32,000 nucleotides of DNA, from assembly GCF_005221285.1 (NCBI RefSeq), contig NZ_CP039886.1, positions 89,708 to 121,707 of the forward strand, given 5' to 3'. The translations under genes were made by a program, and so were the position numbers. Each line of letters opens with the position of its first letter. Within the stretch, counting starts at the first letter, position 1. The DNA comes from Neisseria flavescens. GTDB taxonomy: Bacteria > Pseudomonadota > Gammaproteobacteria > Burkholderiales > Neisseriaceae. The notes under the pieces are model-generated. The model saw only the letters and a list, made by a program, of their open reading frames with translations. It ran no database searches and was not told the origin of the DNA. Below are positions 1 through 10,146 of the stretch, piece by piece.

Positions 1-652
1 CTTCATTGGTGGTGATGCCACCGTTAATCAAAATTTCCAAGTCGGGGAACTCTTGTTTCAAACGGTAGACGTATTCATATTTGAGTGGCGGAACTTCGCG
101 GTTTTCTTTCGGGGACAAACCGTCCAGCCAAGCATTACGTGCATGGACGATATATGTGCGGCAGGCTGTTTTTTCACGAAGCATTCCTACAAAATCTGCC
201 ACAACTTGATATTCTGTTTGTCTGTCTACGCCGATACGGTGTTTGACTGTTACTGGAATTTCAACTGCATCCTGCATCGCGTTCAAACAATCTGCCACCA
301 AATCTACATCATTCATCAGGCAAGCGCCGAATGCGCCTTTTTGTACGCGTGGGCTGGGGCAGCCGCAATTTAGGTTAACTTCGTTATAGCCATACGTCTC
401 AGCCGCTTTGGCAGCGATTGCCAAGTCATGAGGATCTGAGCCGCCAAGCTGTAAAGCTACCGGTTGCTCGCCTTCGTTGAAACTCAAAAAGCGGTCTTTA
501 TCTCCGTAAACCACTGCGCCTGAATTGACCATTTCGCTATAAAGCCAAGTATTGCGTGTAATTTGTCGCGCCATAAAGCGATAGTGTCTGTCTGTCCAAT
601 CGAGCATAGGTGCGACAGACAAGCGGCGGGAAGGTAGGGAAGAAGCAGACAT
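1..652 (-). CDS. dusA: tRNA-dihydrouridine synthase A, N-terminal ~217 codons; the gene runs off the window start
   Basis: The reverse strand reads from the ATG at 650-652: MSASSLPSRRLSVAPMLDWTDRHYRFMARQITRNTWLYSEMV...LQLGGSDP...NLNCGCPSPRVQKGAFGACLM...VTVKHRIGVD...IVHARNAWLDGLSPKENREVPPLKYEYVYRLKQEFPDLEILINGG. These are the conserved DusA blocks. The ORF is missing from the ORF track because it is open at the window edge. Confidence 0.9.
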   Translation of the reverse strand, partial: MSASSLPSRRLSVAPMLDWTDRHYRFMARQITRNTWLYSEMVNSGAVVYGDKDRFLSFNEGEQPVALQLGGSDPHDLAIAAKAAETYGYNEVNLNCGCPSPRVQKGAFGACLMNDVDLVADCLNAMQDAVEIPVTVKHRIGVDRQTEYQVVADFVGMLREKTACRTYIVHARNAWLDGLSPKENREVPPLKYEYVYRLKQEFPDLEILINGGITTNE

Positions 653-869
653 TGAGATGACTTTCAAACAAAATAACGCATTATATAGTGTATTAAATTG
701 ACTTTCGATATCGTCCGGTAAATCAAAATGATATATAAGGTATTACTGGGTGCCGCCGTGTTGTAGCTGAGGCTAAATCTATTCATAGTGGTGGAAATCC
801 AATATTCAGACGGCCAAATAAGTTTTAAAATGTCAAACAACAAACCATTGGAATGATAAGGAAAAAAAT

Positions 870-1490
870 ATGGCACAATTTTTCGCTATTCATCCCGATA
901 ATCCCCAAGACCGCCTTATCAAACAAGCCGCCGATATTGTTCGCAGTGGCGGAGTTATTGTTTACCCTACGGATTCCTGCTATGCGTTAGGTTGCAAACT
1001 AGGCGATAAAAACGCGATGGAGCGCATTCTAACGATTCGCAAAATCGATCAAAAACACCATCTGACCCTGATGTGTGCCGATTTGAGCGAATTGGGTACT
1101 TACGCCAAAGTAGATAACGCCCAATTCCGCCAGCTCAAAGCAGCTACGCCCGGCAGCTACACCTTTATCCTGCAGGCAACCAAAGAAGTACCCAATCGCA
1201 CGCTTCACCCCAAGCGCAAAACCATCGGCCTGCGTGTTCCCGATAACGCCACTGCCTTGGCACTTTTGCAAGAATTGGGCGAACCTATTTTAAGTTGCAC
1301 CCTCATGCTGCCCGAAGACGACGAGCCATTGACCGATCCATACGAAATTCGAGATCGTCTTGAGCATGCTGTCGATTTGGTTATTGATGGCGGCTGGTGC
1401 GGTACTGAGCCGACGACAGTTATCGATATGACCGATGGCACTGAGCTGATTCGTCAAGGCAAGGGCGATATTGCCGTATTCGGCTTGTAA
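870..1490 (+). CDS. yciO: YciO-type member of the Sua5/YciO/YrdC family (threonylcarbamoyl-AMP synthase-like protein)
   Basis: The 206-aa product is nearly collinear with E. coli YciO as I recall it: FFxIHPDNPQxRLI, GGVIVYPTDSxYALGC, DKNAMERI, TPGxYTFIL, KRKTIGxRVP, PTTVIDxTD. Its length matches. Confidence 0.88.
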   Translation: MAQFFAIHPDNPQDRLIKQAADIVRSGGVIVYPTDSCYALGCKLGDKNAMERILTIRKIDQKHHLTLMCADLSELGTYAKVDNAQFRQLKAATPGSYTFILQATKEVPNRTLHPKRKTIGLRVPDNATALALLQELGEPILSCTLMLPEDDEPLTDPYEIRDRLEHAVDLVIDGGWCGTEPTTVIDMTDGTELIRQGKGDIAVFGL

Positions 1491-1621
1491 AACCATCCGC
1501 GTTTGTATTAAGTAGGGATATGCGTGTTCTTTCTATTATGTATTAAAAGTATATTGCCGATTTTATTGATAGCTTAAAAACCAAATTATTCAATTAAGTA
1601 GTTGTTCAATATCATTCCATT

Positions 1622-1653
1622 AAAGGCCGTCTGAAATGTTTTAGACGGCCTTT
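1622..1653 (+). terminator. Imperfect inverted DUS pair hairpin downstream of yciO
   Basis: The sequence aaaggccgtctgaaatgttttagacggccttt forms a GC-rich stem followed by T-rich sequence. Confidence 0.55.
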
Positions 1654-1724
1654 CTCTTGCATTTCTCAATAAATAATTCATTTTAAATAATATTCTAAAT
1701 ATTGGCATATGGTTTGCATGAGTT

Positions 1725-2600
1725 GTAGGAAAACGTTGCGTTGTTTACACCACAGATTGAGAAAAATAAGCCTGCAAGACCTCAAACGGCGTATCGCCGT
1801 TCAAACTGCGGTGCGGCTTCACAGTGTTATAGAAATTAACAAAGCGGCACAACTCCTTTCGCCGGTGTTCCGGACGGTCAAACAACTGTTTCTCATGCCA
1901 CATCTCCATCAGGGTGCGGATAACCCGTTCCGCCTTACCGTTGGTCTGCGGATGGGCAACCCGGGTAAACTTTTGACCAATCCCGTTCTCATAACAGGCT
2001 ACACCGAAAGCATGGTTGGCCGAGCCTTTATATTCCGTACCGTTGTCGGAGTAAACGCACTCAATCAGGTATGGGCAGGGATCAATCAGGTATTCGGTCA
2101 GAAACTTGGCGGCACTGTCTGCGGTTTTGTCCGGCAAAATGGCGGCGTATAGCTCCCTTGAGAAATCGTCGATGGCGACAAACAGGTAATCCCGCTTATC
2201 GGTGGCTTTCTACCCTTTGATCAGCGGCAGCCGTTTGGTATCGGGATGTACCGGCTCTCCGGGGTAGGATTTATTGTAGCGTTTGGCCTGCCTTTTGAGT
2301 TTTTCCTGAATGTCGCGTTCTACCTTGGCCGGGCGTTTCATTCCGTACTTTGCCTGTTTGAAACGGTTGTTGGTACTGGTTTGGGGTTTGAGCAGTCTGC
2401 CTCTTGCGGCTTTAAGTGCGCGGTAAATGGTGACGCGGCTGACTTGGTAGCGGCGTGCCGGGGAGGTGACGCTTTCCTTCCCCTGCGTGTAGGCCGGCCA
2501 AATGGCTTGGCGGTGGTGCGGGGTGAGACGGGTGTTTTTGTGCATGTTCATGTTTCAGTATTCTCCTGGAAATACTGTAAACAACGCTACTGGTTTCTAC
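1725..2600 (-). mobile_element. IS481-family-like insertion sequence; boundaries approximate
   Basis: A perfect 12-bp terminal inverted repeat, gcgttgtttaca at 1738-1749 and tgtaaacaacgc at 2576-2587, has weaker similarity extending outward to about 1725 and 2600. It encloses an rve/DDE transposase frame on the minus strand. Confidence 0.7.
1745..2551 (-). pseudogene. IS481-family-type DDE (rve) transposase interrupted by one in-frame TAG
   Basis: ORFs 2210..2551 and 1745..2137 lie in the same frame, and the 72 nt between 2137 and 2209 are open. The frame reads ...RLPLIKG*KATDKRDYLFVAIDDFSRELYAAILPDKT.... The N-terminal HTH is NTRLTPHHRQ...VSRVTIYRALK. DDE-type blocks are SDNGTEYKG and HPQTNGKAERVIRTL. 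The stop codon is TAG at 2210-2212 (top strand cta). Confidence 0.8.
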
Positions 2601-3695
2601 ACCAAAGACGACATCCAAAAAGGTGTGGATGTCAAAACCACCGTTGACACCAAAGGCCTGGCCTTCAACGGCGACAGCAGCAGCACCAATGTCGAAAAAC
2701 TCGACTCTACCGTGACCGTTGCCGGCGACGACAACATCACCACCGAAGCCCAAGACGATAAAGCGACCGTCAAGCTGAACAAAGACCTGGTAGTAGACAG
2801 CGTCAAAGCGGGTGACACTACCGTGAACAACGACGGTGTGACCGTTGCAGGTGGTTCTAGCCTGACCAAGTCCGGTATTGATGCTGCAGGCAACAAAGTG
2901 ACCAACGTAGCCGACGGCGACCTCAATGCCAACAGCAAAGATGCCATTAACGGCAGCCAGTTGCACGCAACCAACCAAAACGTCGCCAACAATGCTACGA
3001 CGATCGCTAAAGGTATTAACTTCGGCGGTACGACCGGCAGCAACAACTACGTGTTGGGTTCTACCATCAACGTCAAAGGCGACAGCAACATCATCAGCGA
3101 AACCGTAGCCGGTGGCGCACAGCTGAAGTTGGCTGACGAGATCAGCGTGAAGACCGTGAATGCCGATACCTTCAAAGCAGGCGATACTGTGATGAATAAC
3201 GACGGCGTGAAAGTCGGCGATAAAGTTGCGTTGAACAAAGACGGTCTGACCGCAGGCAATACCGTGGTCAACAACGATGGTGTAACCATCGCTGCACCGA
3301 CTGAAAGCAATCCGAACAACCAAGTCAAACTGTCTCCTGTCGGTCTAAACAACGGCGGCCAACGCATTACCAACGTGGCTCCGGGTAAAGACGGTACAGA
3401 CGCGGCAAACGTGAACCAGTTGATTGGTTTGGGTACCGAGTTGCAGAACAACATCAACCAAGTAGGTAAGAAAGCCTACGCGGGTGTGGCCGGTGCGATT
3501 GCCCAAGGCTCGATTCCGCAAGTAACCCGTCCGGGTGCGACCGGTATCGGTGTCGGCAGCGGCTACTACGGTGGTCAGTCTGCCATGGCCATCGGCGTAT
3601 CTGCGATGAGCGACGGCGGCAACTGGATTGTCAAAGGCAACTTCTCGGCCAATACCGACGGTCATGTCGGTGCCGGTGCGCTGTATCAGTGGTAA
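2601..3695 (+). pseudogene. 3' portion of a trimeric autotransporter adhesin gene (YadA-like stalk and membrane anchor), 5'-truncated by the IS
   Basis: The C-terminus AYAGVAGAIAQGSIPQVTRPGATGIGVGSGYYGGQSAMAIGVSAMSDGGNWIVKGNFSANTDGHVGAGALYQW is a classic YadA-type anchor. Upstream lie stalk and neck motifs (DAINGSQLHATNQNV, TDAANVNQLIGL, repeated NNDGVTV). The first ~33 codons of track ORF 2502..3695 lie inside the IS, antisense to the transposase start. No signal peptide or head domain is present. Confidence 0.8.
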
Positions 3696-3736
3696 GTTGG
3701 CAATGACAGGCAACTAGATTTGCTGCCTGAATAGGG

Positions 3737-3776
3737 AGGCCGTCTGAAATTTTAGGTTTCAGACGGCCTTTTTTTC
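3737..3776 (+). terminator. Inverted DUS pair rho-independent terminator
   Basis: The sequence gaggccgtctgaaattttaggtttcagacggcctttttttct has DUS copies at 3739-3748 and 3758-3767, followed by a T7 run. Confidence 0.8.
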
Positions 3777-3850
3777 TAAAAACACTTGAATTTAGGCTAT
3801 CTGAAACGATATGCTTCATCTATTTACCGCATGACTCTGAAAGAGAACAA

Positions 3851-6472
3851 ATGAGCAAAACCATCCATTATTTGAAAGACTACACCGCGCCAGCGTACCG
3901 TATTCTGAAAACCGACCTGCATTTCGATATTTTAGAACCGCAAACCATCGTCAAATCCAGTCTGACCGTTCAACCTGAAAGAGCAGGGGAGCCATTGGTA
4001 TTGGATGGATCGGCAAAACTGCTGTCTGTGAAAGTAAACGGCCAGACCGTAGATTATGTGTTGGAAGACGAAAAACTGACGATCGCAGGCGTGCCGTCTG
4101 AAAACTTTACGCTGGAAGTGGAAACTGAAATTCTACCGGCTGAGAACAAATCGCTGATGGGTCTGTATGCTTCCGGCGGCAATTTGTTTACCCAATGTGA
4201 ACCGGAAGGCTTCCGCAAAATTGCGTTCTACATCGACCGTCCGGATGTCATGTCTAAATTTACCACCACCATCGTTGCAGACAAAAAACGCTATCCGGTG
4301 TTGCTGTCTAACGGCAATAAAATCGATGGCGGCGAGTTTTCAGACGGCCGTCATTGGGTGAAATGGGAAGACCCGTTTGCCAAACCGAGCTATCTCTTTG
4401 CTTTGGTGGCAGGCGATTTGGCGGTAACGGAAGATTATTTTACGACCATGAGCGGCCGTAAGGTCAAAATCGAGTTCTATACCACTGAGACAGACAAACC
4501 TAAAGTCGGTTTTGCCGTGGAATCGTTGAAAAATGCGATGAAATGGGACGAGACACGCTTCGGTTTGGAATACGACTTGGATATTTTCATGGTCGTTGCC
4601 GTGGGCGATTTCAATATGGGTGCGATGGAAAACAAAGGTTTGAATATTTTCAATACCAAGTTCGTGCTGGCCAATAGCCGTACCGCGACCGATACCGACT
4701 TTGAAGGCATCGAATCTGTTGTCGGCCACGAATATTTCCACAACTGGACGGGCAACCGCGTGACCTGCCGTGATTGGTTCCAATTGTCGCTGAAAGAAGG
4801 CTTGACCGTATTCCGCGATCAAGAGTTTTCCAGCGACCGGGCCAGCCGCGTGGTACGCCGTATCGACAATGTCCGCATGCTGCGCTTGTTCCAATTCCCA
4901 GAAGATGCGGGTCCGACTGCACATCCTGTCCGTCCGGCCAGCTACGAAGAAATGAACAACTTCTACACCATGACCGTCTATGAAAAAGGTGCGGAAGTAG
5001 TACGCATGTATCACACCTTACTCGGTGAAGAGGGCTTCCAAAAAGGCATGAAGTTGTATTTCCAACGCCATGACGGACAGGCTGTGACTTGTGATGATTT
5101 CCGTGCCGCAATGGCAGACGCAAACGGTATCAATCTTGATCAGTTCGCCTTGTGGTACAGCCAAGCCGGCACGCCGGTTTTAGATGCTCAAGGCCGTCTG
5201 AAAGATGGAGCATTTGAATTGACCATCAAACAAACCATTCCGGCCACGCCCGATATGGCGGACAAGCAGCCGATGATGATTCCGGTCAAAACCGGTTTGC
5301 TGAATGAAAAAGGCGAAGCGGTTGAGTTTGAATATCAAGGCAAACGTGTGAAAGAGGCGGTTTTGGTATTGACTGAAGCCGAGCAGACTTTTGTGTTAGG
5401 CAGCGTCAATGAGCCGGTTATCCCGTCTCTGCTGCGAGATTTCTCTGCACCGGTTACCCTGAACTATCCGTACAGCGAGCAAGAATTGGCCACTTTGCTG
5501 GCGGCAGATGAAAATGAGTTTGCCCGTTGGGAGGCTGCTCAAACCCTGTACCATCGCGCCATTAACGCCAATCGTCAGGCATTGGCAGAGGGCCGACCTT
5601 TGCCGGAACACAAAGCATTGATGGATGCTTTGGCTCTGGTGGTTTCCGGTGACTTTGATCCGGCATTCCGTGCCATTTTGCTGCAAATGCCGTCTGAAAC
5701 CGATGTATGGGCGGAAGAAGAAAATATTGATCCGATTCAGGTTCATCAAGCGCGAGAAGCCTTGCTCAATGCCGTTGCCGTCAAGTTCCTGCCTCAATGG
5801 CGCGAGCTGAACCGTCAAGCTGCCGAGCAAGAAAACCAAGCCGATGCCGCTGTTCGTTATGAATACAGTCCGGAATTGGCCGGCTGGCGCACTTTGCGTA
5901 ATGCTTGCAGGGCATTTATCCTTCGTGCTGACGCTGCGCATATCGAACACGTTGCGGAGAATTACGAAGCAATGGCACAAAACATGACCCACGAATGGGG
6001 TATCTTATCCGCAATCAATAGCAATGAAAGCGAAATCCGCGATCGTTTGTTGACACAATTTGCCGATAAGTTTGCCGATGATGCTTTGGTAATGGACAAA
6101 TACTTTGCCCTGATTGCCTCAAGCCGCCGCAAAGATACTTTACAGCAAGTTCAGACGGCCTTGAATCATCCTAAGTTCAGTATTGAAAATCCAAATAAAG
6201 CCCGTTCTTTATTGATGAGCTTCAGCCGCAATATTCTGCACTTCCATGCAGAGAATGGTAGTGGATACCGTTTTGTTGCTGATAAAGTGATGGAAATCGA
6301 CCGCTTTAATCCGCAAGTTGCCGCCCGACTGGTGCAGGCTTTCAACATCTGCAACAAATTGGAAGCCAACCGCAAAGCCGTTATGACCAAAGAGTTGCAA
6401 CGCATCCATGCACAAGAAGGTTTGTCCAAAGATGTGGGCGAGATTGTCGGTAAAATTTTAAATGAGAAATAA
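3851..6472 (+). CDS. pepN: Aminopeptidase N (M1 family zinc metallopeptidase)
   Basis: The 873-aa product has the [12 protein letters not shown] exopeptidase motif and the zinc motif [34 protein letters not shown] (HExxH-18-E). Its length matches E. coli PepN. Confidence 0.97.
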   Translation: MSKTIHYLKDYTAPAYRILKTDLHFDILEPQTIVKSSLTVQPERAGEPLVLDGSAKLLSVKVNGQTVDYVLEDEKLTIAGVPSENFTLEVETEILPAENKSLMGLYASGGNLFTQCEPEGFRKIAFYIDRPDVMSKFTTTIVADKKRYPVLLSNGNKIDGGEFSDGRHWVKWEDPFAKPSYLFALVAGDLAVTEDYFTTMSGRKVKIEFYTTETDKPKVGFAVESLKNAMKWDETRFGLEYDLDIFMVVAVGDFNMGAMENKGLNIFNTKFVLANSRTATDTDFEGIESVVGHEYFHNWTGNRVTCRDWFQLSLKEGLTVFRDQEFSSDRASRVVRRIDNVRMLRLFQFPEDAGPTAHPVRPASYEEMNNFYTMTVYEKGAEVVRMYHTLLGEEGFQKGMKLYFQRHDGQAVTCDDFRAAMADANGINLDQFALWYSQAGTPVLDAQGRLKDGAFELTIKQTIPATPDMADKQPMMIPVKTGLLNEKGEAVEFEYQGKRVKEAVLVLTEAEQTFVLGSVNEPVIPSLLRDFSAPVTLNYPYSEQELATLLAADENEFARWEAAQTLYHRAINANRQALAEGRPLPEHKALMDALALVVSGDFDPAFRAILLQMPSETDVWAEEENIDPIQVHQAREALLNAVAVKFLPQWRELNRQAAEQENQADAAVRYEYSPELAGWRTLRNACRAFILRADAAHIEHVAENYEAMAQNMTHEWGILSAINSNESEIRDRLLTQFADKFADDALVMDKYFALIASSRRKDTLQQVQTALNHPKFSIENPNKARSLLMSFSRNILHFHAENGSGYRFVADKVMEIDRFNPQVAARLVQAFNICNKLEANRKAVMTKELQRIHAQEGLSKDVGEIVGKILNEK

Positions 6473-6521
6473 AGCTTGTCTGTTGAACTTATTGTAATTT
6501 GGCAATAAGGATAGATAGACT

Positions 6522-6561
6522 AAAGGCCGTCTGAAACCGATTGGTTTCAGACGGCCTTTTT
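6522..6561 (+). terminator. Inverted DUS pair terminator after pepN
   Basis: The sequence aaaggccgtctgaaaccgattggtttcagacggccttttt. Confidence 0.8.
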
Positions 6562-6610
6562 ATATATCAACGCTTAAATTAATTTTCGTTGAGTGTAGGG
6601 AATAAGAATA

Positions 6611-6642
6611 AAAAAAGAGCCTGCATAAAACAGGCTCTTTTT
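6611..6642 (-). terminator. Rho-independent terminator of the porin gene
   Basis: The top strand aaaaaagagcctgcataaaacaggctcttttt reads on the minus strand as an agagcctg/caggctct hairpin followed by a T-run. It lies 17 nt after the porin stop. Confidence 0.8.
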
Positions 6643-6658
6643 CATACTAATCCGAAGA

Positions 6659-7822
6659 TTAGAATTTGTGACGCAGGCCAACCAAACCAGAGATGGTTTC
6701 AACTTTGTGAGAGCCAGACTCAGCACCACGCAACCAGCCGGTAGAAACCAAAGCAGTAGTGCGTTTAGAGAAGTCGTAGTCAGCACCAACGATAACTTGG
6801 TCGTATTGAGTGCCTTTCAGTTTTTTGCCGTCAACTTTAGCTTTGAAGCCGTGAGCGTAAGAAACGCGAGGAGTTACGTTACCGGCGCGGTAAGCGGCAG
6901 TAGCAGCAACTTCAACAGTTTCAACACCTTTACCATCCAAGGTAGCATCAGTACCGAATACTACGTTAGAAGCATTAACTGGAGAAGTGGTTCTTTCGCG
7001 CATTTCTTTAGTTACAACGCCGTTAGACTGAGCTTGAGCGTAGTCACCTAATTTTTCCCAGTTTTTAGCGTATTGACCGGCTACAGATACAAACAGGTTG
7101 TTAGCATCGTAACCAGCTACCAAGCGTTGTACATGACCATCTTTGTGAGTAACCTTACCATTCTCGTCTGTAGTATCTACAGAGTTTTTACGAAAACCAC
7201 CGGCGTATTGACCGAAGAAACCAGAGTTTTCGTAGTTCAGGCCAGCGTAGTAAGTGTCACGAGGAGCATCGTTGTGAGTGTATTTGTCAGAAGGGTTAGC
7301 GTTATCGCGTGGAGTGTATTGTACGCTTGCGCTGAAGCCTGCAAATACAGGGCTGTCGTAACGTACAGATACTGCACGTTTGTCAACGCGAGTGAATACA
7401 GACAGACCCAAAGCCCCATTGTTGCTTTCCCATTGGTCAGCATTATTGCTAGAGTCTTTAACAGTAGAGTTCAATTTACCGGCACGAACTTTACCGAAGC
7501 CACCTTCCAAACCGATGAAAGATTCGCGAGAAGCCCACTCTTTGTCGCCACCGGCGATAGAAGTTTTTTGTTCAACTTGCCAAATAGCATTCAGGTTGCT
7601 GCCCAAGTGTTCGTGGCCTTTGAAGCCGATGCGTGAGCCTAAGTCAGCGATTTCAGTAGCAGTTTTAGAGCTTTTCTCTTTACCCAGTGCAGTAGCGGTT
7701 TTTTCACCCAAATTTACTTTGGATACTTCAACGCCGGCTTTAATTTGACCGTACAGAGTTACGTCAGCCATAGCTGCAACAGGTAAAGCCGCCAGAGTCA
7801 GGGCAATCAGGGATTTTTTCAT
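6659..7822 (-). CDS. porB: Neisserial major outer-membrane porin (PorB-type, 16-strand beta-barrel)
   Basis: The 387-aa product starts with the signal peptide [19 protein letters not shown], followed by [15 protein letters not shown]. Other blocks are [33 protein letters not shown] and the C-terminal GLVGLRHKF aromatic end. All are typical of Neisseria porins. Confidence 0.93.
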   Translation of the reverse strand: MKKSLIALTLAALPVAAMADVTLYGQIKAGVEVSKVNLGEKTATALGKEKSSKTATEIADLGSRIGFKGHEHLGSNLNAIWQVEQKTSIAGGDKEWASRESFIGLEGGFGKVRAGKLNSTVKDSSNNADQWESNNGALGLSVFTRVDKRAVSVRYDSPVFAGFSASVQYTPRDNANPSDKYTHNDAPRDTYYAGLNYENSGFFGQYAGGFRKNSVDTTDENGKVTHKDGHVQRLVAGYDANNLFVSVAGQYAKNWEKLGDYAQAQSNGVVTKEMRERTTSPVNASNVVFGTDATLDGKGVETVEVAATAAYRAGNVTPRVSYAHGFKAKVDGKKLKGTQYDQVIVGADYDFSKRTTALVSTGWLRGAESGSHKVETISGLVGLRHKF

Positions 7823-7908
7823 TGCTGTTTTCTTTTTTTAAGTGTGAAGAAGCGAGCATTCGTTCTTCTTATTACGATATCGTTCTGTTTCAACGATTCC
7901 ATGACCAT

Positions 7909-7937
7909 AATATAAAGGTTATGGCTTAAGAAAACAA
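7909..7937 (-). promoter_or_regulatory. Candidate sigma70 promoter for the porin gene
   Basis: The minus strand reads TTGTTT (top 7932-7937), a 17-nt spacer, then TATATT (top 7909-7914). This lies about 85 nt upstream of the ATG. The call is a sequence match only. Confidence 0.3.
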
Positions 7938-8158
7938 ATTTTCCTCTTGTTTTAGGCGTATTTTGTTGGGAAACGTTGTTTTTTGCAGACGGAGTAGGTA
8001 TGGGAAATAGTTGTTTATTTCGTAATATGTTTTTTTAAAAGGAAAATTTTAGGAGAACCATAAAAGACGGCTTATTAAGTTTGGAGTTTAAATGTTGCTT
8101 ATATTGTTTTCAGACGGCCTTGTTGAGTGAGATTTATAGTGTATTGGGTTTTAAAATT

Positions 8159-8190
8159 ATAAAAACCTGCCTGAGTGATCAGGCAGGTTT
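8159..8190 (-). terminator. Rho-independent terminator after ilvC
   Basis: The aacctgcctga/tcaggcaggtt hairpin at 8164-8189 is followed by T-rich sequence on the minus strand. Confidence 0.75.
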
Positions 8191-8209
8191 CATTTGCTTG
8201 AAAGACAGA

Positions 8210-9232
<1,023 letters not shown>

Positions 9233-9284
9233 TTAGTGTAAGAGGGTTCCGGATAATCCGGGTTGAGTTAAAAGTAATAGGGGC

Positions 9285-9578
9285 TTAAGCGGGGACTTGG
9301 TTCATCAAGACGATTTCCAATGCTTCGGTTTTCCCTTCGATGGATTTGACGAAGTTTTGGAAATGTTCGCTGGCATTGTGTTTGTCAATAGCTGCTTGGG
9401 ATTTCCAGTTTTCTACGAATACGAAACGGTTGGGTTTGCCGATTTCTTGGTGCAGGTCGTAGCTGATGTTGCCTTCTTCTGCACGGCTGGCTTTGACCAA
9501 TTCTTTAAACTGGGCAGCCAGAGCCTCGGTGTATTCGGGTTTGACGGTAACCAATGCAACGATTTGGATGCTTGACAT
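9285..9578 (-). CDS. ABM-domain (antibiotic biosynthesis monooxygenase / YgiN-like) small protein
   Basis: The 97-aa product shows the ferredoxin-like ABM pattern: IVALVTVKPEY...EEGNISYDLHQ...FVFVENWKSQAAIDKHNASEHFQNF. It sits between ilvH and ilvC on the same strand. Confidence 0.75.
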   Translation of the reverse strand: MSSIQIVALVTVKPEYTEALAAQFKELVKASRAEEGNISYDLHQEIGKPNRFVFVENWKSQAAIDKHNASEHFQNFVKSIEGKTEALEIVLMNQVPA

Positions 9579-9596
9579 ATTTGTCTCCTACTGTTT

Positions 9597-9634
9597 TTCA
9601 GACGGCCTTTGTAGAAAGTAAAAGGCCGTCTGAA
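9597..9634. repeat. Inverted DUS pair hairpin inside the ilv operon, between ilvH and the ABM gene
   Basis: TTCAGACGGC lies at 9597-9606 and GCCGTCTGAA at 9625-9634. No U-run follows in the direction of ilv transcription. Confidence 0.7.
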
Positions 9635-9644
9635 CGATACAGCG

Positions 9645-10136
9645 TTAAATTTTCAAAATACGCTCACCACGGCCGATACCGGCTGCGCCTGTGCGTACGG
9701 TTTCCAAAATTTGAGCACGACCGACTGTTTCGAGGAAAGAGTCGAGTTTTTCGGTAGAACCTGTGATTTCGATGGTGTAGCTGCGGTCTGTTACATCAAT
9801 GACGCTGCCACGGTAGATTTCGGTCAATCGCAGGAATTCGTCACGGTCTTTACCTACGGCGCGGACTTTTACCAACATCAGCTCGCGTTCGACAAAACGG
9901 CTTTCGTTCAAATCGACCACTTTGATAACTTCAATCAGTTTGTTGAGTTGTTTGGTGATTTGCTCGATAACGTGTTCGTCGCCATGGGTAACGATGGTCA
10001 TGCGAGACAAGGTTTTGTCTTCGGTTGGTGCAACAGCCAGGGAATCGATGTTGTAATCGCGTGCGGAGAACAAACCTACCACACGGCTCATCGCACCTGA
10101 TTCGTTTTCCATCAGAATAGATAAGATATGTCGCAT
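9645..10136 (-). CDS. ilvH: Acetolactate synthase (AHAS III) small regulatory subunit
   Basis: The 163-aa product starts with the ACT domain MRHILSILMENESGAMSRVVGLFSARDYNIDSLAVAPTED. It lies immediately downstream of the large-subunit gene. Confidence 0.95.
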   Translation of the reverse strand: MRHILSILMENESGAMSRVVGLFSARDYNIDSLAVAPTEDKTLSRMTIVTHGDEHVIEQITKQLNKLIEVIKVVDLNESRFVERELMLVKVRAVGKDRDEFLRLTEIYRGSVIDVTDRSYTIEITGSTEKLDSFLETVGRAQILETVRTGAAGIGRGERILKI

Positions 10137-10146
10137 TTTTCTCTCC

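Noticed and set aside
53-373. A 106-aa ORF on the + strand.
   Set aside because: It is antisense to dusA, whose reverse-strand translation matches DusA blocks throughout.
684-699. The sequence tatagtgtattaaatt resembles a Correia terminal repeat in the dusA-yciO intergenic region.
   Set aside because: Only one terminal-repeat-like end is present. The second similar string (catagtggtgg at about 784-794) is in direct rather than inverted orientation. At most this is a degenerate remnant.
653-869. The dusA 5' end as an integration hotspot for DusA-specific integrative elements.
   Set aside because: The dusA start and 5' coding region look intact. Only a 217-bp intergenic region separates it from yciO, and no integrase or att-like duplication is visible.
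2412-3323. A 303-aa ORF on the - strand, plus several other minus-strand ORFs across 2597-3713.
   Set aside because: They are antisense to the repetitive adhesin stalk sequence. The open frames are a by-product of the repeat codon composition.
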